A stretch of DNA of 64,000 nt from Lama glama (Eukaryota). The notes beneath the pieces were generated by a model. The model saw only the letters and a list, made by a program, of their open reading frames with translations, had not been told where the DNA came from and searched no databases. This document shows, in pieces, positions 1 through 12,277 of this stretch. A program made the translations under genes and the position numbers. The DNA lies in NCBI GenBank assembly GCA_028534125.1, contig CM052816.1:72914001-72978000 (forward strand), read 5' to 3'. The first letter of the stretch is position 1. Each line of letters starts with the position of its first letter.

Positions 1-499
1 GGATAATTAGAAGTATTAAATGAGATAAACTTTGCAAAAAAGTTGATCCCAACTCTTGGCTCACATCCAACATTCTAGTTGCAAGGAGCAGAATTTTCTA
101 AGTCATGCTGCGCTGCCTAGAATATGAATGAGGTGAGTCGGACATCTCACTCCCAGCTTTCGCAGGGGAAGGAGCTATACGTGAAATCTTGACTCTTCAG
201 GGAAATTCAGGCTTCTTCTCTCCATGACAACATTCCTCAGGGCCCAAGACCTCCAGGTGTTGGGCAGCTGATGTTTTCAGATGCCTTCTGTAAACAGCTG
301 ACAACCACATATCCAGTTTTCTTGAAGTCAGTCCATCCTACTACCAACAAGGCTTCTTTCTCATGTCTGTCCCGTAAAAGATAAAACAGCAGGAGGGCGA
401 TGTCCCTCCACTAGTGCACTGGTCCCAGCAAGATTCTCTGTGAGATATGAGACAGATGGGGGGCACGAGCCTGCTCTTAACATAAATCTTGTGACAGAG

Positions 500-1038
500 T
501 GTTGCGGAAAAACCGGCTTCTGTACCCTGATGGGCAAATTGAGACTCGGAAGCAGAGTTTTGGGAGAATTAGAAAAGAACAGCTTTATTGCTTTGCCAGG
601 CAGAAGAGGAGTCACAGCAGCTTAGTTTCTCAGTGACTGTGAATCCATCTTGGGGTTGGTGTATTGAGGTTTTATAGAAAAACTGGATGGAATAGAAAGG
701 CAACAGCAATCAGGGTGTTTTCCAGGGCACTGCATTTTTCTTAATCTTGAGGAATTCACCTCGCGTCACAGAGAAACTCCAGAAAGTCTGTTCATTCTTC
801 TGAAGCTATCAGCCCGTGACTACCTTTCAGGAATACAGCTTCTGGGTTAAAGGATAAGCTATTCTAGGTAAAGGATGTATAGGGAGTAGAGAGTATAAAA
901 AGCAGTTGGGCAAGTGAAGCACAGATAGGGGTTTGCCAGAGAAAAGAGAAAAACAAGTTGCAAGGATTTTAAGTCAGGGAGAATCAGCAAACACATACAG
1001 CATCAGGGAAGCCACTTTGCTAATTTCCTGCTCTTTCA
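500..1038 (-). mobile_element. ERV1-type solo LTR, lineage-specific, family unresolved
   Basis: Begins TGTTGCGG and ends about CTTTCA. Reverse-strand poly(A) signal (CTTTATT, ~583) and TATA-like TTTTATAG (~669). Same layout as the LTR at 31143. No clean TSD, so the right boundary is approximate. Confidence 0.7.
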
Positions 1039-1233
1039 GCAGTAGAATTCGTCCTACTGTCTGGTGGGCGTGGTGCATGAGAGGACACACTCCAGATAGG
1101 ATACCATGTATGACCCAGAGATGGTAAACATTGTTATAATCACACCTCTTTAAAATAAAAATCTGTAATATGATGCAGAAGTCACCGTGTTGTTGGTAAA
1201 GTTGATGATGATTAAAACCAAACACGTGAGTGT

Positions 1234-1259
1234 ACACACACACACACACACACACACAC
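1234..1259. repeat. (AC)13 microsatellite
   Basis: Read directly from the sequence. Confidence 0.97.
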
Positions 1260-2813
1260 GAGTTTGGTTACACATATAAAGCCTTGTCTTTTATTGACTT
1301 ATTTAGGAAAAAACAAGTTTCTGAAAGACAGCACACTTCAAGTACTCCCCTCTTTGAAGTACAGATCCAATTAAAGGGTCAACTGTCTATTTCTATCTGA
1401 TGTTCCGAGAAAGATGACAACGTGGAGCTCAAGCTCTGTAGGTGTCTGAGTGTTATCTGACTCCTCTGGCATGAAGCAAGCATCGTGCCCCTAAGAATTT
1501 GACCTTCTCCCCTGCCCTTGCCTTTAAATTCAGGCTCTTGGCTGGACAGCAGGCTCTTAGGGAGGAGAGACAAGACCATTTTTCATAAATGATACTTTAA
1601 AATCTTCTACTGCAATTACAAAACCATAACATCTTTTGGGCGGGTAGGCCTGCAGGAAATCCTCTGGACTGAGTTCTTAATGCTTTGTTCCCAGCAGGAG
1701 CTGAGACCTAAACATCTCACTATTATTTCTATTATATAGATTATAAACATCTCACATTTTATATAATATAAATTATAAACTTATTATCATTTATATTGTA
1801 AAGTATGTAAGATATTTTTATATATGTATATATTTGTAGAAGAAAACACCCACCTCATGTCAGAGAGCTTTGGTGTTTCTGGTGTGAACACTGTTGTTAG
1901 AGATTGGTAGACAGGTGATGAAAGTACAGAAGTACAATAATCAAAGAATTATGAAGTTTGAAATTTGAAGCTTCCAAGAGTTTCAAATCAGCTGCAACTA
2001 TTTAATCAAATATTCAGCCCATGAGTAGAAGCCTAGAGCTATTCATTTCATGCGCTCTTTATTGCTAAAATAGACTAAGTTTTAGCAGATTAGCAGGGGG
2101 AAATGGATGTCTATTGGGGCAGAATAAGAAATTTACTTTTATTTGTAAAGATTAAATGTAGTGACTTTATTGTACTAGTGATATAACTAAGAAAGAGACA
2201 AGCTATTTTTAAGGAAGATAGTTTACTACACACACAAATTGTAGTGTTTTGTGACTTTTTTGTGTGTCTTTTTGTCTTAAAACAAAGTGCTTGTACAGGC
2301 TCGCTGTTTAGCATAACCTAAAATTAATAGACATAAATTTTTGACATTCAGCAAGACACAAAAAGCTTAAATGTTTCCTGTGTTCTTAACATACCTGATT
2401 TTCCTAGACTCTGGTCAATTTTTAACACTTGAGTCTTTTTTTTTTTTTTAGCAAACTTCTTACTTCAATGACAAGTTCCTTCCTGTCACACAGAAGCAAA
2501 ATCTACAATTTTTATTTTAATGCACATATGATCAAAGTGAATTCAGCTTTGAATCATCGAATTACCCTTTTCTAGATTATTCCATCCTTTTGCCAGAAAT
2601 AAAATAGATCTAATATCACTAAAAACTTAAAGTGACTTAATTAGATCTTAATTCTTCTAAGTATATTTGACTGGGATTTTATAGAAAAGAAGGTACTAAA
2701 CTGAGTAGAACCTTCATTATAACCCTAAAAACTTTCACCCTTAACAGATGGGCAAACCTCATTGATGTCATTTGAGTAGAAAACCAAAACCTTTCAGAAA
2801 GAATATCATTCTA

Positions 2814-3130
2814 CAGTGGACCCTCTGGGTCAATGGTTTCTAGGTCTGTGGATTCAACCAAATTTGGATAGAAATATTAAAAAAAAATTCCAAAGAGTTT
2901 CAAAAGACAAAACTTGAATTTGCCACATGCTGGCAACTATTTATATAACATTTACATTGTATTAAGTATTTATTATAAGTGATCTAGAAATGATTTAAGT
3001 ATACAGGAAGAACTGTATAGGTTATATGCAAATACTACACCCTTTTCTATAAGAGGCTTGAGCACCTTCAGAGTTTGGTGTCTGTTGGGGATCCTGGAAT
3101 GAATCTCCCACAGACACCAAGGGATGACTG
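2814..3130 (+). mobile_element. MER2-like TcMar-Tigger non-autonomous DNA transposon
   Basis: TA|CAGTGGACCCTC...AAGGGATGACTG|TA: degenerate terminal inverted repeats with TA duplications. Internal GGATTCAACCAA and GTATAGGTTATATGCAAATACTACACC are typical of MER2. Confidence 0.88.
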
Positions 3131-3294
3131 TAAAGGATGAATTAGGTGACAGAGGCTTGAATCTTACGTAAAAGTTTGCAGTTGTGTGCTGAGCTCCTGT
3201 CATGAAGTTCCATTTGTAGTTGGAACTTCAGTGAGATTGGTTATTCATACAAATGATACTATGATTTGCACAAATCACAAATTTTGAAAACTGA

Positions 3295-3356
3295 AGCATA
3301 GTGCCAGTTACACAGTAGATACTCAATAAATGATTGATTGAATGAATGAATGAATG
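3295..3356 (+). mobile_element. L2 3' end fragment
   Basis: CACAGTAGATACTCAATAAATG followed by the (TGAA)n tail typical of L2. Confidence 0.7.
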
Positions 3357-3833
3357 GAGTATAACCATCCTAAATACCCTATTAGAAGAAGTTAAAAAAT
3401 AAGTAAGTACTTGTTGTCTGTATTAGAAGTTGTTGCTTCTTTCTCTTGAAGAATAACTGGAGGAACATTGCCATTTAAAATATTATCTACAAAACCAACA
3501 TTCTTTGAGATAGAGTGAATTATCCTTTATTTTTCAGCCTTTTTGGCAACACAAGTTAGCTTCCAATAAATTGTGTCTTGAGTCTGAAATAACTGGTAAA
3601 TCTGAAGTCAAGGGTATCAAAAATAGCTATGTATAAAACAATAGCTCTCTGTGACCTGATTATCCCAAAAAATGGTAACTGTTGAGTCGTCTCACAGGAA
3701 AAATATAGCTTCTAAGCTTTTGTACCAAAGAAAAGAGTCATTAGTCAGGTATCATATATGCTCTTACATGTCCCCAATTTAGAAAAGTTGACTATAAATC
3801 CATATTTTTCATCTTAAATAAAGTAAACCTGCC

Positions 3834-4329
3834 TGTGGCTCCCATTTGACCAAGATGGCCTCTACGTTTATCTAAGCCTGACTAAACTTTAATTAGCCTT
3901 CTTCCTAAGTGACCTCCTTTTCTAAGAACATTTGCTTTAGAAAACTTGCTGTGTAAATTTGTAAATTCTTTGTCTCCCTTTTTGAGATGTAAATCTTTTG
4001 CAAACCTGAATGTCTTTCTCCAGGAACTAGAGGTCATCTCTTTTGAAATGTAATCATCAAGAAAATTAGAGCTCCTGTCTCTCAGTCTCTAAGGGAGGGC
4101 AGGAACATAATTTTAATAAGCCAGTTAACAAACACAGATGGCCTAATCACATTGACCAACCTCCCTGCAATGTCTTCCAGTACTTTTCCATTAGCTCACT
4201 TCAGTATTTAAAAATCCTCCTTCCTTTCCTTTCAGCATAGTTGAGTTCAGTCTCTCTCCCCTATTGCAATAGTCTCAGATAAAATCTTCCTTGCTCAGTT
4301 AACTAGGCGGATGAAATTTTTCTTTTATA
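3834..4329 (+). mobile_element. MER34/MER39-like ERV1 solo LTR
   Basis: CAAACACAGATGGCCTAATCACATTGACCAACC and GTTGAGTTCAGTCTCTCTCCCCTATTGCAATAGTC match the recalled MER34-group 3' half. The start is approximate. Confidence 0.75.
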
Positions 4330-5344
4330 CTTTGTAGTTGCAATCCAGTCCTGTTCCTTTCTCTTCCAGTTCATTTCAGACTTGTTTCCTTTGCCTTTTC
4401 ATCATTCTTCTTGACTCAATTTCGATAATTCTGTTTCTACCATCATTTTACAGAAGTCTCCTTTTTGCCTCACTTGATTTTTTTTCACAGTTTTCATTTT
4501 CATCACCTCTCTTTTCTTTTGAAGTAATCTTATGTTCCATCTTTAAATCCAATATTTTTTCTTAAAGTTTCTCCCTAGACTTCCATGATTCAATTTTCCA
4601 ATACATTACTTATAGGATACATTTTATTGTCATTGTCTTTTACCCTGTTCAGTTTTAAAGTGTTCAAGTTTGAATTATTTTATCCTTCTAAATCACAAGA
4701 GTTCCTATATTTTTCAGTGGCACTAAATTTTTACCAATACCCAAACTAGAAACTATGGTCCACAATTAGGTTTTTTTTCCCTTTCCTGTTTTTATGCCTA
4801 AACACAATTTGTCACATTTCCCTTTTTATTTTTTTCTTCCAAATTGTCTTACATTCAATCATCCAACTAACTCATTTTCACAATTGCTATCCCAATCAAA
4901 GCTCTCGTCTCTAACTTGGTTTTTCCAACTTTGGTTTCTGCAAAACTTTTCCTCCTACCTTTTTACCTTCCACATAGTCTTCCTAACATACCACTTATTT
5001 CACTTTGTTATCCAAGTTGGAGGGGATCTCCAGATTAACCAAGTTAATCTCTCCAAGTTAAACATGCTCATTTCTCCCTGTTTACTGATTCTACCCACCA
5101 ATTGCCATTCCAGTTGCAAACTGGAATTCTCTACATTATCTCCTCAACATAGCTAAACACAGTAAAGCCATTTAAAGTCCAAGTTTTCTGCCATGAACTC
5201 TTGCAACTTTTTTTCTGATAACACTAACTTGTTTTTCTTTGAATCTTTATTGTAATTACTGACAGTATTATCTACCATTCTACATTTATCCTTAGCTGCA
5301 TAGAAATAAGTATTTCTAAGTATTTCCTTAATTATTTGGTTCGG

Positions 5345-5480
5345 TAATCTAATAGATATTTATTGAGTCGTGACAATGCATCAATCAACCACTGTATCCA
5401 GGAGCTTGGGATATAAGTGTAAGCAAACTGAAGAACTCTGACTTCCATGAGTTTACTTTCTAATGGGGAAGTAGACTTTA
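5345..5480 (-). mobile_element. L2 fragment
   Basis: ATATTTATTGAG...GGGATATAAG...CCATGAGTTTACTTTCTAATGGGGAAG resembles the reverse complement of the L2 3' end. Confidence 0.55.
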
Positions 5481-6174
5481 ATAAAATAATTATGTATATG
5501 TAAAATTGCAAAATCTTAAACTTTATAAATAAAAATTACACACTATTCTATATCTGTGATAGGGAAATTTTTGATTTGACATCCCTTTAGTAAAGTCTTG
5601 AATTTACACAATTCAAAGTGACTTGGCTGCCCCCAAAACTTAGAATTGCCAACTTAATGCCTAGTTAGTACTTTGCACTTGTTATTTACCTATTTTATTA
5701 TTTTTGAGCAGAGGAAAGTACCTGCTCAAAAATAGCTGAGAAAGAAGAGAATGATACAGCCAAAGAGATAAGCAAATTTAATACATTGTCTAAATTCTTA
5801 AAGAGACACCCATATTTTTTAACTGTACCATCTCTTTTGCAAGTTCCTGTGATGGCTGAGAATAATCCTTTAGATCTGGAGATAATCTTAGGAGAAATTG
5901 TTGTAACTTTTCCATCTCTTGCTTTTCAGGTTTATCTTAGAACACTAATTAGAAATTCTTGTGTTCCCTCCCCCAACAGATTAATAACAAAAATATCATA
6001 TTATGTGTTTCACAATGTTGAGCACAGAGTAAATATTCAAAATATAGGGAAGCAGGAGTTGAATAGAAAATCATTAAATTAGAATTCTTTTGATATCTTT
6101 GTGTTGTCCTGTTCCCACTTCTTTTCTCACTCTTCAAAAGTTCCTAAGCTAGCTATTTCAACTACTTGTTTTAT

Positions 6175-6360
6175 GTGAAGCAATATAGAATAAAGGTTAA
6201 GAGTTTGGACTCTAGAGCCAGGGTGTTTTGTTTAGAACAATATCCCTGCCACTTCCTACCTGGATAATTTTTAGCAAAGTTACTCAACTCTCTGAGCCTA
6301 AATGTCCTCATCTGTGAAATGGAGATGATGATGACAATGATGCACCTTCTTCACAAGGTT
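6175..6360 (+). mobile_element. MIR SINE
   Basis: GGTTAAGAGTTTGGACTCTAGAGCCAG...CTCTCTGAGCCTAAATGTCCTCATCTGTGAAATGGAGATG matches the MIR core. Confidence 0.85.
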
Positions 6361-8021
6361 CTTATATTAAATTATTGGACCTCTGATGTGAATGCTACTG
6401 TGGGCAATCAAGTACTAACAGAAACTCTCTTCTATGGGGGAGGAAGGAGAGGTGATTGCAAAAATTCATAATTTATCTATTTCTTTTCTCCTCTCACATA
6501 ATAAAAAAAACAATGTTTTTTATAAAATACTTGATTTTCCTGACATGGCTCCCAAATCTGCTCTTTTCATATTGATCACTAATTAGCTCAAAACAATGGG
6601 ATGTTAAAGGATACAGGGAAACAGCTGGTTAAATATTTACTGTAAATAGACTGAGTCGTTTTGCCCATCTCTTCCTGAATCTAGGTGGATAAGTCTGGGT
6701 AGAAGATCTTTTCCATTTCTCAGTTACGAAATTTGAAGAGCTTGAATCAAGTTTTGATATATGTTAAAGCACTGCTTCCATTTCAAGGCCTTTGTGAGTG
6801 AGGACAATTTTTTCTTTTAGAGGACATTAGTCCTTCTTCGTTGCCCTTTTGTTAGATACAGCTAACTGGGTTTTTTTGTTATTTGCTTTTTTACTTTGAG
6901 GGAAGTGGAAACAGTACAGTGTTTATTGAATGAAGAATTAATGTCTTTTTAAAGTGTAGGTCAAATAAACACATATACCACCTACAGATACTCCCACATA
7001 AAGAAATCTTATGTTTGCCCTTTCTCTTTATTCGCTTATCCATCATTATTTTTTAGCTATAGAAGACATGAAAACTCAGTGTAACAGAAGCAAGATCCCT
7101 TTCCTTCAAGCAAATATATTCCAAGGAAATAAAGAACATTTTTCTTGTTTTTGTTCCTCTGAGGGAGTTCAGACTGTATATATGTATGTAAATTTACTTG
7201 ACTATGTAGTGATTTCTTTTTCTTGAGTGTATGTGGGAGGAATAGAATGTTCAGTAAGAACAATTTTGAAATATTTTACCCTGGTATCACTGTGTGAAAT
7301 GACTTAGCAATTCAAGTCAATCAGTTTTTCATCTACTGCTGCTATTAAGGTACATTTGTATTTTAGAATTGATTTCCTGCTTAGCAGAATATTGTTTTTG
7401 AATGTCTGAAGGCAGGTTTAACTCACATTTATCTAAAGGCCTCCTACACTGCCATTGCAACAATCAAATCTTAATTCTATGGAAGTTTTATATTTATATA
7501 TAGTAATTATTTGTGTTCTGGCCATTAAAAATAATTTTTAAAATATACCAATAAGTACATCAATCAGCTAGCACTATGCTAGGCAAGGGGAGGATATTTA
7601 CAAAGGAATGGAAAATAAAGACTTCTGGTAATGTTAGTAACAGTTTGGAAGGCAAAATCAAGTACATCTATGTGAAAAAAATAAATCTGCAAATTAACAT
7701 ACTAAAAAATACATGTTTCTTATTGTAAAAAATGTCAACTTTAGAAATATTTCTGAGGAATTAACTTATGTACTGACTTTCTAAAATAAGAATATGTTAT
7801 GATTTTTGAAAAGATATTTAATTTAAACATTTATATAGTATTTTGAATTTTATTATTATAATTCTAGCTCACTTTATCAGCAACCCCATACTGAGTGCCA
7901 GCCAGGTATGGTACAACATACAAGATTCCTGCCCTCAAAGAGCTAACAGTATAGATGGAAATAAACCACTGTAACCCTACATGGTAACTAACAAATGATT
8001 AACTTTATCAGAAACTGTTCT

Positions 8022-8190
8022 AGAAATGTGGTTTTCAGCCTTAGCTGTGCATTAAAATCACCAGGGGAGCTGATGCTGGAATCCATCTCCCAGAGATCTG
8101 GGTTTAGCTGGTCTGAGGTATCACTGGGCATTGAGATTTTTGAAATTTTTCTACAAGATTATAATATATAGTCCAAACTGAGGACCATTG
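8022..8190. mobile_element. MER5A-like hAT-Charlie element
   Basis: GTGGTTTTCAGCCTTAGCTGTGCATTAAAATCACCAGGGGAGCT...CTGAGGACCATTG. Confidence 0.75.
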
Positions 8191-8558
8191 CTACAGGTCC
8201 TGAGAAGAAAAAGCTACCTTCACCTGGAGTAATCATGGAAAGTTTCCCACAGTTTGTGGATTTTCCATAGACAACCAGTTAAACTGAGTTTAAAGGCTAG
8301 AGAGGTATCAGATTATGTGGAGAAGTGTCAGAAACATGAGAGACATGGGTAGTGAGGCAAAGAATAACACTAAGGCAAGAAAGTACAAGTTATATTTCTT
8401 GAACAAGCGGGAAGACAGAATAGGTGATAAAACCAGGAGAACATGTGAAGTTGAAGCAATTATCCAGCTAACTGTATGTGCTTTACTGTTTCTTCTAATA
8501 TTTCACCCATACTTTATAATGCATACAAGTGACACAGTGTCAAATTTATTTTGTACCT

Positions 8559-9056
8559 CTGTAGTAGACTGCATAGGTGGCCACATCCTTAACTTTTACC
8601 TGTATCCTGACTATTTGCAAGACCTACCATAAATCTGTGATGGAAAGCAGAGTCTCTTTTCCTCGTCCTCAATCTGACCTGGTCTTATGACTTTTTGGCC
8701 AATAAGACACAATAAAAGGTCTTAAAGGCCAGATCCAAGCACAGGCCTCAATGACTTTGCATGCTTCTACCTTTTCTATTTCAGAGCCCTGTACAGCCAC
8801 AGTATAGGAAGCCCAAAATAACCAGCTCAAATATGGAAACCACAGTAAGCAGAGATGTGACATGCCAGTTGAGGTCATTCTAGGCCAGCAAGTGTCCAGC
8901 GATGAGCAGCTGACCCCAACTCTATGAATGAGCCCAGCCAAGACCAGAAAAACCACCCAAAAAACAATACAAATGACCACCCCACAGAATTATATTCTAA
9001 ATGAATGGCTCCAATTTAATTCATTAAGTTTTGGGGCATCAAAAGCTAACTGATAC
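8559..9056 (+). mobile_element. MLT1 (ERVL-MaLR) solo LTR, MLT1G/H-like
   Basis: Starts TGTAGTAGACTG. Internal GAGCCCAGCCAAGACCAGAAAAACCACCCA. Ends TAAGTTTTGGGG...AGCTAACTGATAC. Confidence 0.75.
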
Positions 9057-9074
9057 TGTCTCATTTCCACAGCT

Positions 9075-9478
9075 ACTGTGACTGATCCATGCAGTAAATC
9101 AAGCTAGATCAGTGCAAGTTCTTCCTCAAAATATTTTTCAACTGGAACTGGGAGAAAGATACTGTCTTTCTCTTGGACTGGAAGTCTATGAGTACAGAGC
9201 TTTCTAAACACAGGTATCCAACTGCATGGAGAAATATACCTGCAGGAAAATAAAAGAACAAAGCTTAAATATAAGGAAATGATAACAAGAGACAGAAAGA
9301 GTGACAAGGCCCTTTTTGACAGTCTGTTCATCCATGATTCCAAGTTTCCCTTAAGGCCAAGTCCACCCCTATCTCCTTTACTGGAGTTTAGTTATAAGTT
9401 AATAAATTCCCCTGTTTGGTTTAAACTAGTTCCAGTTGGGTTTCTGTCACATGCCCTTGAAAGAGCCTTTACACAAAC
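9075..9478 (+). mobile_element. Old MLT1 (K/L-like) LTR fragment
   Basis: 3' end AATAAATTCCCCTG...TTTAAACTAGTTCCAGTTGGGTTTCTGTCACATGC...AAAGAGCC is typical of old MLT1 LTRs. Confidence 0.65.
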
Positions 9479-10189
9479 TGTTTAGCCAATCTGGAAGAAA
9501 CAAAATAAAATGTGCTTGAGTTACTGAACAATCCAATACATCACACATAAAACAAGTCATTTAATCAATAAACATTTGTTTAGGATCCACTCTAAATAAG
9601 ACACTAAGTTAGGAGATGGAAATATGATCTTATTCTTAAACGATTTGTGTTCAAATAGGGATGACAGACTGGTATACTTATAATTGAGCTTTACAATCAG
9701 GAGACAAGAGGTATTGGAAAGCTTCCTAACCCAGTCTTAATAAGGTGGAATCTTAGTTTAGTCCTGAGAAGAAAGCAAGGTTCAGCTCAATGAGAATTTA
9801 AAGAAAGCACTCTAGTTAAGGGGTTGTGACTGTAGCCTTATTTCCATGAAAATATACCCGTCCTTGGATTGCTGATGCCCCACACCTAGAATTTTATTTT
9901 TTAAAAAATAAGATGCTGAAGAGAGGAAGAACCAAAGCTAACATTTTTTAGATACCTACTACGTACAGAAACTATTTTAGATACTTTATATATCATCTCT
10001 TTTAATGCATTTTGTGAAGAATTTGGATTATCTCATTAGATTTTCACAGCAACTGTGTGGAATAGGGAATATTATATCCCATTTTATCTCATTATTTCAT
10101 ATATTTTAGGACAAAAATTAGCTTTGGGATTGGTAATTGAGTTTGTATTTTTTTCCCTTGGAAGAGTATCTAAGAGACATAATTAAGTT

Positions 10190-10331
10190 TGATATGTAAT
10201 ATATACTAAAATATATATGTGTATATATACTCTAGAATGCATAATATATATTAGAATATACTAGATATAGTCTATATTCTAAATATCATATAGATGCGAG
10301 AATATACTATATATATATATATATATATATA
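10190..10331. repeat. TA-rich low-complexity tract ending in (TA)n
   Basis: Read directly from the sequence. Confidence 0.85.
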
Positions 10332-11045
10332 TCAGAATACATAAAGGAATTTAAAGATTTTTTTGGTATCAATTTTGTTTATTGACTGAAATTGACATTT
10401 AAAAATTTTTATTTAATTTTTGAGTTTAACTTAATTTTTAATTTTAATTCAATTTAATTTTAAGTTGATATTGACAAAACTTCTGCAAAAGTTTATTTTA
10501 TATCTAAGACTATAACTTAAGTTTCTCATCACAGTTTCATTTAATATACTCCCTGAAAGGTAGCTTGAAGACATTAATAACACTGCAATTAAATATTATT
10601 AGATGAAATTACAATGCATAAATTATCCCTTAGGGTTGAAAGTTCAGCTCCTCTGGATCTCAGTGGGATTCCCATGTTTATATTTATTATGTATTTACTT
10701 TTTTTAAATTTATAAACTTTGATTTTTTTCTCCACATTTTTCTTATGAAAATTTTCAAAAGAACATTACACCCTGTGCTTGTAGCCATTATATATATGCT
10801 TTACAGTATTTGACTAGATGGACAGACAGATTTCTGGTTATGACCACAGAGAAAAGATTAATAGTGCAGGAGAATAAGGATAGCTGAAGGAAAAAAAGTC
10901 TGTTAGGTAAAAGGAGATGGGACCATAAGTGCCAGCAGGGGAAGTGATGGGTGACCTCTCCCATTGTAACAGATGGAAAACAAAAAGAAATGATACAGGT
11001 GCAGTTGCTGTTGTTACTGTTGATGCCATAGTTAGTGCTGTAATT

Positions 11046-11072
11046 GATGATGATGATGATGATGATGATGAT
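11046..11072. repeat. (GAT)9 trinucleotide microsatellite
   Basis: Read directly from the sequence. Confidence 0.95.
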
Positions 11073-11555
11073 GTTCAGGGTGGCCTGGAGGTGCAGAAGC
11101 TTATAGGTGATGGTTCCTGTTTTCACAATGAACTATGAGTCGAGCCAGTGATTCCCAAGTAAGGGTGAAGAGGGAAGGTAGATTTTTTTCTGGAGAGAGG
11201 AGATATGAAGGCTTGGCATTGCAGAAAAGGGAGACTTGTAATGCAAGATTTGTTTCTACATTGGTCATGTCCCAGTGTCTTTTGACTTCTTCAATGACAT
11301 ACTTCATTGAAAATATTTCACACAGTTGTATAATCTTCCCGAGAAAAATCCAACCTCTGCTTGTATGTATGGAGAAGTCAGATGGTAAGATTTATGAGAT
11401 TGAGATTTTGCCAGATATGATCCATGCAGGGAGCATGTGGACCTTGTCACTATGATCATCCTGGATTGGACTAGCGATAAACATTTGGTTGTAAACTGGA
11501 CCAATTACTCTCCTGAGACTGAAGCGACTATGTAATTTCTGTTGGGTATTTGATA

Positions 11556-11996
11556 GGATAAATACTACATGATTCCACTTGTATGGAGTTTCTCAAATAA
11601 TCAGACACATGGAGGCAGGAAATACCGTGGTGGTTTCCAGGGGCTGAAAGGAGGAAGTGTGGGGTTTTTGCTTAGAATATAAAGTTGCAACTATGCAAGA
11701 TGGGTAAGTTCAGGAGATATGCTGCACAGCGTATTATCTATAGGTAACAGAGTGCTTGAGCACTTAGAAATAGGAGGACAGATCTCACATTAAGTGTTCT
11801 TGTCACACACTCACACACACACAACAACAAACAACAAAAGAACAGAAGAACATTTTTGGAGATGATGGATATGTTTAATACTTTGATTGGAGCGGTGTTT
11901 TTATGGATATATGCGTATGTCCAAACTCATCTAGAGGTGTACATTAATTTGTGTGACTTCTTGTGTATCAATTATACATTAATAGAGCTTTAAGAA
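11556..11996 (+). mobile_element. L1MB-like LINE-1 3' UTR fragment
   Basis: AAATACTACATGATTCCACTT...GTGGTTTCCAGGGGCTG...GGAGATGATGGATATGTTTA...TATCAATTATACATTAATAGAGCT. Confidence 0.85.
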
Positions 11997-12149
11997 GGCA
12001 ACAAGAAGCTGGAAGTGAATTTGTCATTTATTTAATAAAACAAAGGATGTGCATAAGCAGAGAGAATAAAGACATGGGTAATATGTACAAAGTGTAAACC
12101 AAAGACCATGACTTCTTTACTTTCTGGTCCCCAAATTTATTATCTTATA

Positions 12150-12277
12150 AATCCTTGTTGTTACCATTTTTCTCTGTGAGACCTAGCTTCCTCCTTCCAG
12201 TAAATTCACCTTTAGATTCCCAAGCTTTGTTGATTGGGTCCCATTATTTGGAGATAAAATGATCCCTGACTAAGACA
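12150..12277 (+). mobile_element. MLT1 3' end fragment
   Basis: CAGTAAATTCACCTT...ATCCCTGACTAAGACA resembles a MaLR LTR terminus. Confidence 0.5.

Noticed and set aside
1040..1123. Possible + strand exon (CTTTCAG acceptor, ATG|GTAAAC donor)
   Set aside because: Weak donor, acceptor supplied by the LTR end, and the open-frame peptide is unrecognisable.
3203..3230. 10-bp stem TGAAGTTCCA/TGGAACTTCA
   Set aside because: About one such stem is plausible by chance in 64 kb, and there is no supporting context.
4794..5156. 120-aa F/L/S-rich ORF
   Set aside because: Composition reflects pyrimidine-rich, probably L2-derived DNA. No recognisable protein or splice context.
10190..10335. Apparent palindromes in the TA-rich tract (also 15058-15077)
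   Set aside because: Self-complementarity is inherent to TA-only low-complexity sequence.
10788..11138. Poly-Asp / poly-Ile ORFs
   Set aside because: Artefact of the (GAT)9 microsatellite.
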